Of a stretch of DNA of 46,733 nt, positions 1-9,749 are shown piece after piece. The stretch lies in sequence record DRR723986_3165, one strand, 5' to 3'. How positions within the stretch are numbered: position 1 is the first letter of the stretch; every line of letters begins with the position of its first letter. A program made the translations under genes and the position numbers. The notes beneath the pieces were generated by a model, which did not search any database, was not told the DNA's origin, and saw only the letters and a list, made by a program, of their open reading frames with translations.

Positions 1-594
1 GTCCTTCGGATTCCGCACACACTGGCTCTTTAGCTAGCAATCGCGACCGTGGAGTTCCAGAAGAACCCGCATTTACCCCAAAAACCTTAAAGTCAAAGCC
101 CGCGATTCTCTGCACGCAATCACCTGAAACAAGCAAAACAGATCATTCTGGCGTTTAGTGCATCGAAAAAACAAGGCGAGTCTTCCGATAGACAGCAAGT
201 GCCGAAGACTGTTGGCATTCCCGTTGGTGCGTCAGCACAGAGTGCTGACGCTTTTGACGTCCAAAAATCTTCACTGCAGATAGGCTTTCCCACGGATTTT
301 GACAATTGGGCAAAATTCGCTTAGGATGCGTGCAGAGGAATCTGCCACCTTTGGGAAGCATGTCGGGCGGAAGCTCGTCCCTTCCGGCCAGTTTGCACGC
401 TTAAGGCCCGCACTTTGACGTACTGCGTTCCTGGCTTGGATTCCTCAAAACCCCACCTAGCCCATCGGGCTCCCACCTAAACCCCACCGAATATCCGAAC
501 AAGTTGCCACAGCTTCAACGGGCGACCAGTTCAGATTCATTTGCTTGGCCCCGGCCAATCATTTTCACCACTGATGCAATAACGGAGTTGCACG

Positions 595-1893
595 ATGAAA
601 TGCTTCGGAAATCGTCTGTCCCGGCGGTCCGCCCTTACCGTTGGCGCCTTCGGAGGCCTCACCCTTGCAGAGCTTTTGCGTGCACGCAGTGTTCTTGGCG
701 ATCAGAAACACTACGACTTTATTCCGGCAAAGGCCGAAAGCGTCATCCACGTCTTCTTGCCCGGCGGGATGGCTCATCAAGAATCCTGGGATCCGAAACC
801 ATATAGTCCGCTCGAGTATCGCGGCGAGATGGGGACGATCAAGACAAACACCGGTGAAGTTGTCAGTAAGACACTACCGAAGCTGTCGCAGTGTGCCGAC
901 AAGTATACCATCATTCGCTCGATGACTCACGGCGAAGCGGCCCACGAACGCGGCACGCACAATATGTTTACGGGCTACAAGCCCAGTCCAGCTCTAGTCT
1001 TCCCGAGCTTTGGCAGCGTGGTCAGCCATGAGTACGGACCGCGGAATAACTTGCCACCTTACATCTGTATTCCGAATCGTCCCAATGAGTTCGCCGGAAG
1101 CGGATACCTGTCGAGTTCTTACGGTCCGTTCGCGCTCGGCGCCGATCCCGCTCGCAGCAACTTTAAAGTTCAGGATCTGAACCTTGCCGGTGGTGTCGAC
1201 GCGGAACGCTTCGCCCGTCGGCAAGAGGCCCTTGAGTCGGTCAACGGATACTTTGCCGCTCGGCACAATGCTGACTCCGTCACCGCCATGGATAGCTTTT
1301 ACGAGCGAGCTTACAGCCTGATCAATTCGCAGAAAGCTCGAGAGGCTTTCGAGATCGAAAAGGAAGATGACAAGCTGCGCGACCGCTATGGACGCAATCA
1401 AGCTGGTCAACGGCTTTTGTTAGCCCGTCGCCTGGTGGAAGCTGGTGCTCGCTTCGTCAGCATGACCTACGGCGGCTGGGACATGCACAACGACATTTCG
1501 ACCAACTTTAACCGTCAGATGCCCTCGCTCGATCAAGGGCTTGCAGCGCTACTGAACGATTTGGATTCACGTGGCATGCTAGACAAAACGCTCGTCATGG
1601 TTTCCAGCGAGTTCGGGCGCACGCCAAAGATCAACTCCACGGCAGGTCGTGACCACTGGCCGAAGGTCTTCAGCGTCATGCTAGCCGGCGGTGGTGTAAA
1701 ACGTGGTTACGTCCACGGGACCAGCGATCCAACTGCCGCAGAACCTGATTTGGATCCAGTTTCACCGGAGAATTTGGCGACGACGATGTACCATCTGCTT
1801 GGGATCGTGGCCGACAAGGAGCTGATGGCTCCAGGCGATCGACCGGTCGAGATCGTCGATGGTGGCAAAGTTGTCAAGGAACTGCTCGCCTAG
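595..1893 (+). CDS. DUF1501 domain protein with Tat-like signal
   Basis: N-terminal SRRSAL twin-Arg; family motifs LPGGMAHQESWDPKP, LLARRLVEAGARFV, GGWDMH, SEFGRTPKIN, GRDHWP. Confidence 0.92.
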   Translation: MKCFGNRLSRRSALTVGAFGGLTLAELLRARSVLGDQKHYDFIPAKAESVIHVFLPGGMAHQESWDPKPYSPLEYRGEMGTIKTNTGEVVSKTLPKLSQCADKYTIIRSMTHGEAAHERGTHNMFTGYKPSPALVFPSFGSVVSHEYGPRNNLPPYICIPNRPNEFAGSGYLSSSYGPFALGADPARSNFKVQDLNLAGGVDAERFARRQEALESVNGYFAARHNADSVTAMDSFYERAYSLINSQKAREAFEIEKEDDKLRDRYGRNQAGQRLLLARRLVEAGARFVSMTYGGWDMHNDISTNFNRQMPSLDQGLAALLNDLDSRGMLDKTLVMVSSEFGRTPKINSTAGRDHWPKVFSVMLAGGGVKRGYVHGTSDPTAAEPDLDPVSPENLATTMYHLLGIVADKELMAPGDRPVEIVDGGKVVKELLA

Positions 1894-2058
1894 GCGCGCG
1901 GTAGCGTCTACGGAAGTTCTTGAAGGGTTTCGCCCGACTCTTCGCTTCCTTGTGCTAGCCCGCTGTTCGCCGCCGCGGGCAGCGCGCTAATCCACTTTTG
2001 GCAGCATTAAATCGGTTTCCAGATTACTGGCATCGCTTGCGGATAGGACACACAGGTA

Positions 2059-4482
2059 ATGAAGACTCGCTCATCCATCATGCGGATCTGTGCTTGGGCT
2101 CTAGCAGCATCGTTCTGCCAAGTTGCCGACGCAGATGATCCGTCCCTGACTCGTTTTAGCCCACCCGGATTCGGTCGCGGCGAAACTGTCGAGATGACGA
2201 TTTCCGGTGCGAGGATCGGCGACGCCACCAAGCTACTCATTTATGAAGCTGGCGTGACGTGCGAATCGCTGGAAGCCAAAGATTCTAAGACGGTAATTGC
2301 CAAGCTGAACATTGCACCGGACTGCCGGCCTGGCTTGCACGCAGTACGCTTGGCGACGAAAACGGGCATCAGCAACCTGCGATATCTTGGCGTGTCACCG
2401 CTGAAGCAAATCGCTGAATCGGAACCCAACAGTGATTTTGAGAAACCGCAACCAGTCGAGCTGGGTTCGACGGTCTCGGGTGTAATCAAGACCGAAGACG
2501 TGGACTACTTTTCGGTCGAGCTTGCGGAAGGTCAGTCGGTTACCATCGAGCTGGAAGGCCTGCGACTTGGCACCGAATTCTTCGACCCTTTCGTTGCCGT
2601 ACTAGATCAAAATCGATTTGAACTCGCCAGCAGCGATGACGCTCCACTGGTCCAGCAGGACTGCATCTGCTCTTACACGGCCGAGAAGGCTGGGAAGTAC
2701 ATTGTTGCCGTCCGCGAGAGCAGCTTTGGTGGCAATGACCGCTGCCAGTACCGAGTACATATCGGCGACTTTCCTCGTCCAGTATCGATCGTTCCGGCAG
2801 GAGGTCAGCCCGGTGAGAAAATCAATGCAACGCTAGTCGACGCCTCAGGTGCAACTTGGCAGCAGGAGATCCAGTTGCCTGAAGTTGCTGGAGAATTTGA
2901 ATTCGTCGCTGAGCGGGACGGCAAGTTGGCGCCTTCTCCGAATACGCTCCGCGTTGCGGCGATGCCAAACGCAATGGAAACAGAGCCCGATGCGGATCGC
3001 GGCAGCCTGGTCGCTCTCGACACGCCCGTTGCCCTAAACGGAGTTCTGCAAGAGGAAGGCGACATTGATTGGTTCAAGATCAAAGGCAAAAAGAACCAAC
3101 AACTCGATATTACTGTCTTTGGTCGCAAAGTTCTGCGCTCGCCCATCGATAGCTGGATAGAAGTACACAAGGCCTCAGGCGGACGCATTAGTCTGAACGA
3201 TGATTCCGGTGGGCCAGACAGTCGTATTGAGCGGCTGAAGCTTCCCGAAGATGGTGAGTATCTGATCGCCATCCGTGATCAACTCCGCGAGGGCTCCGCT
3301 AGCCACGCGTATCGTATTGAAGTCTCTCCGCCGCAGCCGTCCCTTCGACTGACCATCGACGAACTGCAGCGATATTTTTCGCAGACCATATCGGTGCCGC
3401 GAGGCAGTCAGATGGCTGTACTACTTAGAGCCTACCGCAAGAATTTCGGCGGAGAGCTTGCTCTACTTCTCGAAGATCCACCGGAAGGGGTCAGCATCGA
3501 GATTGGGAACGTGGCGTCCAATGCCAGCTACATTCCTCTGATGATCAAAGCGGCAGCGGATGCCCCGATCGATGCCAAGCTAACGCGTTTGGCTGCTCAA
3601 ACAACTGCTCCGGATAAGCCGGTCACGAAGGGAGCCTTGGATCAGCGCACGATGCTGGTCCGCGGCCGCAACAATCGTGACATGTGGGGCCACACCACCG
3701 ACCAACTTGCTCTCGCGGTGACCGAGGAGCTGCCGTTTTCGATCGAGGTCGAGCAACCCAAGGTTCCAATCGTCCGCGGTGGACAAGGACACTTTATCGT
3801 TCGAGCGAAGCGGAAAGAAGGCTTCAAAGAGCGGATCTATCTGAAGACGGTCTACAACCCCAGCGGCACGTCGACCAGTGGTTCGATTCGCATTGAGGGC
3901 GATAAGACAGAGGTGAAGGTTCCGGTAACAGCCAACACAAAGGCTGCCATCGGTAGCTTCCCAGTCGCGATCCTCGCCCGAGCGAAGGCCCGCGATGCAC
4001 TGACCTGGGTCTCCGCTCCAATGATCAATTTGCCGGTCGAAGACTCTTACTTCAACTTCAAGTTCGTCAAGGCTGTCGTTGAATCGGGCAAGTCTGGAAC
4101 GATCACTATAGGGGTCGAAGCCAAGCGTCCTCCGCAGGGCACCGTCGAGATGGAGTTGGTTGGACTGCCCGCTGGTGTTTCTTGCACGGCCGCGACGACA
4201 AAATGGGAAGAAGGTCAAACGCAGGTCACCTTCCCCATTGATGTCGGAGCGAAAGCAAAAGTCGCTCCACACAAAACGTTGTACGTAAAGGCTCGTATCA
4301 TTCGGCCAGAGGGCACCATTCAGCAGACCGCTGGTCGAGGAGAATTGCAAGTCACTGCTCCGGTAGCTCAGATCGCCGCGAACACAAAACCTAAGACGAA
4401 GGCCCCGCAGCAGCCTGCTGCAAAGCCGCTCAGTCGCCTCGAGCAACTTCGGCAAGCAAAATCAGGCGGTGGTCAGCAATAA
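2059..4482 (+). CDS. Secreted PPC (pre-peptidase C-terminal) / Ig-like repeat protein
   Basis: Signal peptide; two ExEP(N/D)...G.I/L....DVD/DIDWF PPC-like repeats; typical position after DUF1501. Confidence 0.8.
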   Translation: MKTRSSIMRICAWALAASFCQVADADDPSLTRFSPPGFGRGETVEMTISGARIGDATKLLIYEAGVTCESLEAKDSKTVIAKLNIAPDCRPGLHAVRLATKTGISNLRYLGVSPLKQIAESEPNSDFEKPQPVELGSTVSGVIKTEDVDYFSVELAEGQSVTIELEGLRLGTEFFDPFVAVLDQNRFELASSDDAPLVQQDCICSYTAEKAGKYIVAVRESSFGGNDRCQYRVHIGDFPRPVSIVPAGGQPGEKINATLVDASGATWQQEIQLPEVAGEFEFVAERDGKLAPSPNTLRVAAMPNAMETEPDADRGSLVALDTPVALNGVLQEEGDIDWFKIKGKKNQQLDITVFGRKVLRSPIDSWIEVHKASGGRISLNDDSGGPDSRIERLKLPEDGEYLIAIRDQLREGSASHAYRIEVSPPQPSLRLTIDELQRYFSQTISVPRGSQMAVLLRAYRKNFGGELALLLEDPPEGVSIEIGNVASNASYIPLMIKAAADAPIDAKLTRLAAQTTAPDKPVTKGALDQRTMLVRGRNNRDMWGHTTDQLALAVTEELPFSIEVEQPKVPIVRGGQGHFIVRAKRKEGFKERIYLKTVYNPSGTSTSGSIRIEGDKTEVKVPVTANTKAAIGSFPVAILARAKARDALTWVSAPMINLPVEDSYFNFKFVKAVVESGKSGTITIGVEAKRPPQGTVEMELVGLPAGVSCTAATTKWEEGQTQVTFPIDVGAKAKVAPHKTLYVKARIIRPEGTIQQTAGRGELQVTAPVAQIAANTKPKTKAPQQPAAKPLSRLEQLRQAKSGGGQQ

Positions 4483-4593
4483 AGCCACCGCTAACCGCCT
4501 TGCGAACCAGCCAATAGCCCATCCCCTCCGAGATCGCATCAATCCCAGCGATTTCCTGATCCCACCGATTGTCAGAATCAAAGAGACGATGCA

Positions 4594-7158
4594 ATGAAGT
4601 CGACAGTCCTCACGCCCACCGGGAACCATGTAGCCCGCCGCCTCGCTCACGCGACCATGAGTTTCGCGATTACCTGCTTGGCGACGTCTACTGTGGTGGC
4701 CGACGGCGAAGCAGACAAGAAAGCGGGCCAGCCGAATGCTGGTGAAGCAGTTGTCGAGAAAGCTGCGGACGCCAAACCACCGCAGCCACCAACGAAGGCT
4801 ACCGTTGAATGGACCGAGGTGCGACTCTACCCGCAGGAAATCAGTCTCTCCGGTTCGACGGATTACCAAGGCGTTGTTGCAATCGCGTTTCGCAGCGATG
4901 GTGTCACCAAGGATATTACAGAAGAGGCCGAGTTCAGTTTCGGCGATGATAAAATTGCGTCTGTCGATGGTGCTGTCATCAAGCCGCTCTCCGGCGGTGA
5001 GACAAAACTTCAGGTTGCATGGAGCGGCCACACTGCTGCTAGCGACGTAAAGGTCGCTTCGCCGGACGTTGCTCGCCCAGTCAGCTTCCATCTGGACGTC
5101 ATGCCAGTTCTGACTAGAACAGGTTGCAACACCGGTTCTTGCCACGGTGCCGCACGCGGAAAGGACGGCTTCCGTTTATCGCTCTTCGGTTTTGATCCAG
5201 TTGGCGATCACGAGCGGATTACGCGAGAGATCGGCATTCGTCGCATCAACCTGGCTCGCCCCGAACAGAGCCTGGTTTATCTGAAGGGTATTGGAGGCGT
5301 ACCGCACTCCGGCGGCACGCGAATGGAACCGGACAGCGAGTACGCAAAAACGCTGCTTGAGTGGCTTGAAGCGGATGCAAAACTGGACGAAGGCACACCT
5401 CCAACATGCACGAAGGTTGAGCTGTTTCCGCCTGAAGCCGTGCTCGAAGGCGACGAGGCAACTCAGCGAATGGTCGCCGTCGCTCACTACAGCGATGGAA
5501 CCACAAGGGACGTCACATCTCTCGCCGCCTTCACCACCAACAACGCTCGAACCGCCGATGTTGATGACCTCGGGCGAGTTTCCGCTGGTGTGCGAGGCGA
5601 AGCGTTCGTGATGGCTCGCTTCGATACTCACACCGTCGGCTCGCAGATTCTGGCTCTGCCCGCGGGGCTTGAATACACCGCTCCACCAATAACAGGTAAC
5701 TACATCGATCAGTTGGTTGGTGAGAAACAGAAGAAACTCCGGATTCTCCCTAGTCAGATTTGCTCCGATGAAGAATTCTTGCGCAGAGCAACGATCGACA
5801 TCGCTGGCCAGCTTCCAACCGAAGAAGAGTACACTGCGTTCATCAATGACAATTCGCCCAGCAAACGCGCTCAGTTAATCGATCGCCTGCTGCAGCGGAA
5901 AGAATTCAGTGAGATCTGGGCCATGAAGTGGGCGCAGCTCCTACTGGTAAAGAGCAACAACCAAGTCAGCTACAAGGCGGCGTTCCTGTACTCAAGTTGG
6001 CTAACCAATGCACTAGCGACCGACACGCCGATTGATGCAATCGTTCGTGACTTGATCGCATCCAGTGGAGGTGTTTTCGAACGGCCCGCGACCAATTTTT
6101 ATCAGGTCGAACGCGACACGCTGAAGACATCTGAAAACGTCGCTCAAGTATTCATGGGCATCCGAACGCAATGTGCGCAGTGCCATAACCACCCATTCGA
6201 CCGGTGGACTATGGATGACTACTACGGTTTTGCGTCCTTCTTTTCGCAGATCGGACGCAAGACTGGCGAGGACTATCGCGAGATTATTGTTTACAACCGC
6301 GGCGGCGGCGAAGTCAACCATCCCGTCACCAAGAAGCCTATTCCGGCCACGTTTTTGGGCGGTGACCAAGCGGACGTGAAGGGGCGAGACCGCCGAGAGG
6401 CGTTGGCACAGTGGCTGACAAGCAAGGAGAATCCATTCTTTGCAAAGAGTATCGCCAATCGTGTTTGGGCACACTTCATGGGCGTTGGCATTGTCGACCC
6501 AGTTGACGATATCCGCGTTTCTAACCCAGCCAGCAACCCGGCCCTTTTCGAGGAGCTTGGAAAGCGTTTTGCGGATTACGATTTCGATTTGAAACAACTC
6601 GTCCGCGATATCTGTAACTCACAGGCCTATCAACGAAGCACGATTACAAATCCAACCAACGGACTGGATACACGGAACTACGCTTTTGCGATGCCACGAC
6701 GTGTTCCGGCGGAAATGTTGCTGGATTGCATTTCCCAGGCGACTTCGACACAGGATAAATTCCGGGGCCTACCGGCAGGTGCGCGGGCGGTTCAGATCGC
6801 CGATGGAGCAACCAGTAATTATTTCCTGACGACCTTTGGCCGCTCGCCACGAACCACGGTCTGCGAGTGTGAAGCGAGCACGGATCCATCGTTGTCACAG
6901 GCGTTGCACTTGATCAATGGTTCAACAACGGCTGGCAAAATCGCGCAAGGCAAGCTGGTGAACACTTGGGTTGAACAAGAGCTGTCAGTGCCGGAAATGA
7001 TCGAAAAGATCTACATTCGTTGCCTCAGCAGAAAACCAACTGAAGAAGAAACCAATCGCTTAACTAAACTAGCTGGTGCGGCCGACAACGTGCGGCTTGG
7101 CGTCGAGGATGTCTTCTGGGCGGTTCTCAACAGTCGCGAATTCATGTTCAACCACTAG
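4594..7158 (+). CDS. DUF1549/DUF1553 (PSCyt2/PSD1) protein with Big_2-like Ig domains
   Basis: GCNTGSCHG, FLRRATIDIAGQLPT, CAQCHNHPFDRW, ANRVWAHFMGVGIVDPVDD, YQRS, CECE, C-terminal WAVLNSREFMFNH. Confidence 0.93.
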   Translation: MKSTVLTPTGNHVARRLAHATMSFAITCLATSTVVADGEADKKAGQPNAGEAVVEKAADAKPPQPPTKATVEWTEVRLYPQEISLSGSTDYQGVVAIAFRSDGVTKDITEEAEFSFGDDKIASVDGAVIKPLSGGETKLQVAWSGHTAASDVKVASPDVARPVSFHLDVMPVLTRTGCNTGSCHGAARGKDGFRLSLFGFDPVGDHERITREIGIRRINLARPEQSLVYLKGIGGVPHSGGTRMEPDSEYAKTLLEWLEADAKLDEGTPPTCTKVELFPPEAVLEGDEATQRMVAVAHYSDGTTRDVTSLAAFTTNNARTADVDDLGRVSAGVRGEAFVMARFDTHTVGSQILALPAGLEYTAPPITGNYIDQLVGEKQKKLRILPSQICSDEEFLRRATIDIAGQLPTEEEYTAFINDNSPSKRAQLIDRLLQRKEFSEIWAMKWAQLLLVKSNNQVSYKAAFLYSSWLTNALATDTPIDAIVRDLIASSGGVFERPATNFYQVERDTLKTSENVAQVFMGIRTQCAQCHNHPFDRWTMDDYYGFASFFSQIGRKTGEDYREIIVYNRGGGEVNHPVTKKPIPATFLGGDQADVKGRDRREALAQWLTSKENPFFAKSIANRVWAHFMGVGIVDPVDDIRVSNPASNPALFEELGKRFADYDFDLKQLVRDICNSQAYQRSTITNPTNGLDTRNYAFAMPRRVPAEMLLDCISQATSTQDKFRGLPAGARAVQIADGATSNYFLTTFGRSPRTTVCECEASTDPSLSQALHLINGSTTAGKIAQGKLVNTWVEQELSVPEMIEKIYIRCLSRKPTEEETNRLTKLAGAADNVRLGVEDVFWAVLNSREFMFNH

Positions 7159-7367
7159 TTGCATGCGGCGGCGGGTTCACAAAGAGCTGCCAGTTGCACG
7201 AGTTTCCTGTTGCACCGTCGCGTCGCTAGAACACGAACTAGAACGCAAGTCGGATGCTTCCGTGCTCAAGCAGTCCCCGCGCGTGCTGCGCAAGCCACCG
7301 ACCTGGCCAAGCATTAGATCTACCAGTCAACAAACCAAATCGGTAAGAGATTGTTGCGAGCGCGAGT

Positions 7368-9617
7368 ATGAACATTAAGAGAACAGTTGTGAGACTCCGA
7401 TTGCCATTGCTCTGCGCCATCGCCTACGCAGGAGCCACTCTGGCACCAGTTCACGCTGACGAAAAGAAGGCTGAGAAGAAGATTACTTTCGATGATCACA
7501 TCAAGCCAATCTTTCGCGAGCACTGCACAACCTGTCACAGCGAAAGTGATAAAGAGAGCGACCTCGCACTGGACAGCTACTCGGCAACATTGATTGGCGG
7601 TTCTGGCGGTGAAGTGGTCGCTGAAGGTGACGCATCGAGTTCGCGTCTAATTGCACTGGTAGAACACTCCGAAGGGCCCTACATGCCGCCGGACTCGGAC
7701 CCGATCCCCAAGGCGCAGATTGACCTACTAAAGCTGTGGGTTGACCAGGGAATGCCAGAAAACAGCGGCAGCAAAATCAAGCGAAAGAATACCGCTGCGG
7801 CAGCAATGCTCTCCACCAGCTCGCTCGGAAAACCCGAGGGACCACCGCCAATGCCCAAGTCCTTGCTGAAGGAAGTGGTGACATACACGGATCGTGCCGC
7901 GGCAGTATCCGCAATGGCAGCCAGCCCTTGGGCGCCCCTTGTGGCCGTTGGTGGTCAAGAGCAGGTGGTTCTCTACCACGCCGATACGTCGGAGATGCTT
8001 GGCGTGATTCCTTTCCCAGAGGGCGAGCCGCAAAGCATCACATTTACTCGCGACGGAAAACAGATCCTGATCGGTGGCGGACGACATAGCCATTCAGGTT
8101 GTGCCGTGTTGGTCGACATCGAAAGCGGTCAGCGCATCACCAAAGTTGGTGACGAGCTGGATATCGTCTTGGCGGCTGACATTTCTCCTGACAAGACGCG
8201 TATCGCACTTGCCGGCCCTCAAAAGACGGTTCGCGTTTTCGATAGCCTGTCCGGCGAGGTCGTTCACGAATTGAAGAAACATACCGATTGGGTGTTTAGC
8301 TTGCGTTACAGCCCCGACGGCGTTCTGCTGGCTTCCGGGGATCGCAGTAATGGTCTGGTTGTGTGGGAGGCCGACACCGGGCTGATTTATTCCGAACTCA
8401 AAGGGCATCGCGGCGCGGTTCGGTCGATCGATTTTCGCCCTGACTCAAATGTCCTAGCCAGCGCATCGATGGACGGCACGCTGAAGACGTGGGACATGTT
8501 TGAGAGCAAGCAGCTCAAGAGTTGGAACGCTCACGGTGGTGGTGCTACAGCAGTTTGTTATGCCATCAATGGGCAGATTGCATCAAGCGGCCGAGATCGC
8601 AAAGTTAAACTGTGGGACGGCAATGGTAAAATGCTCAAAGAGTTCCCAGGACTCAGCGACTCAGGATTGGAAGTTGCCATTACCGGCGACGCTCGCCGAG
8701 TCGCTGGCGGAGACTGGAATGGTGGCATCATGCTCTGGGACACCGCCGATCCGAAGCGGCGAATTCAGTTGGTTAGCAATCCTGTTTCGATCGAAACACG
8801 GCTTGCACGAGCGACAGAAGCGGCGAAGAGAGCGATTGCAGCCTACCAGACCGCTGAAGCTGCAGCCCAGCAGGCGGCCGAGCAGCTAGCCGCCCAGACC
8901 AAGCAGCATCAGCAACTGTCTTCGAGCCTTTCTGAGTCACGCAAGACGCTGGCGTCATCGGAGCAGCTTAGTGCGACGCTGACTGCTGAGACGACGGAAC
9001 TCTCGGACAAGATCAAGCAACTTGAACAACAGATCGCGGCGCTTAGCACTCAGAAGAAAGCGAAGCTTGCGAAGTTGCAGGCAGTGAATGCAGAGATCCC
9101 AGTCCAGAAAAAGGTAATCGCCGCCACAGAACAAAAACTTGGTGAGGCCGACAAGCGGCTAAAGGCGATCAAGACGGCTAGCGAAAAGGCCAGTGAATCG
9201 CTTGCCGCAGTTACCAAACAACGTGATGCAGCAAACGCTCGGGTCGCCAAAGCGCAGCAAGCCAAAGACGAACTTGTAGCCACTACAAAGCGTTTGCGTG
9301 AATCGAACGAGGTCGCCGCGAAGCGAGTGGCAACCATTGAATCGGCAATTTCCGACGCTACCAAGGTTACAGAGTCGCTCAAGGAAGCTGATGCGTCCAA
9401 CGCCGAGCAGTTGAGCAAGATCGAAGAGCAGATCCAAAAGTTGAGCGCCGAACTCGCCAAGGCTCAGCAGGCTCGCGAGGCAACAGCGGCCAAGCTAAAA
9501 GAGTCAACAGCCGCGTTAGACGAACTTTCCGGGAAGCTTGAAGAGGCCCAGGGAGAAGCCATTGAGGCCGAAGAAAAACTCAAACTGCATGAGACTGCGT
9601 ACGGCAAGCGGCAGTAG
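7368..9617 (+). CDS. Planctomycete cytochrome c domain + WD40 repeats + long coiled coil
   Basis: Signal peptide; IKPIFREHCTTCH...MPP...LWVDQG (PSCyt1-like); GH/WD repeats (HTDWVFSLRYSPDG, HRGAVRSIDFRPD); Ala/Glu/Lys/Gln-rich heptad tail. Confidence 0.9.
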   Translation: MNIKRTVVRLRLPLLCAIAYAGATLAPVHADEKKAEKKITFDDHIKPIFREHCTTCHSESDKESDLALDSYSATLIGGSGGEVVAEGDASSSRLIALVEHSEGPYMPPDSDPIPKAQIDLLKLWVDQGMPENSGSKIKRKNTAAAAMLSTSSLGKPEGPPPMPKSLLKEVVTYTDRAAAVSAMAASPWAPLVAVGGQEQVVLYHADTSEMLGVIPFPEGEPQSITFTRDGKQILIGGGRHSHSGCAVLVDIESGQRITKVGDELDIVLAADISPDKTRIALAGPQKTVRVFDSLSGEVVHELKKHTDWVFSLRYSPDGVLLASGDRSNGLVVWEADTGLIYSELKGHRGAVRSIDFRPDSNVLASASMDGTLKTWDMFESKQLKSWNAHGGGATAVCYAINGQIASSGRDRKVKLWDGNGKMLKEFPGLSDSGLEVAITGDARRVAGGDWNGGIMLWDTADPKRRIQLVSNPVSIETRLARATEAAKRAIAAYQTAEAAAQQAAEQLAAQTKQHQQLSSSLSESRKTLASSEQLSATLTAETTELSDKIKQLEQQIAALSTQKKAKLAKLQAVNAEIPVQKKVIAATEQKLGEADKRLKAIKTASEKASESLAAVTKQRDAANARVAKAQQAKDELVATTKRLRESNEVAAKRVATIESAISDATKVTESLKEADASNAEQLSKIEEQIQKLSAELAKAQQAREATAAKLKESTAALDELSGKLEEAQGEAIEAEEKLKLHETAYGKRQ

Positions 9618-9749
9618 ACATGCGCTGCACGCACTGGTCGCAGCAAGCACCGAGGTTTTGTCAGCAGAATCGCGTCCACTGGCGACCGGCGTTTTGCTTG
9701 AGCGGTCCGGTGATGACGACTCGAGCAATGGTTACTCACGCGACAATTA

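Noticed and set aside
3580-4455. Long antisense ORFs (e.g. 3580-4455, 4462-5145, 11289-12080, 24537-25421)
   Set aside because: Shadows of well-supported genes on the opposite strand in GC-rich DNA, with no recognisable motifs
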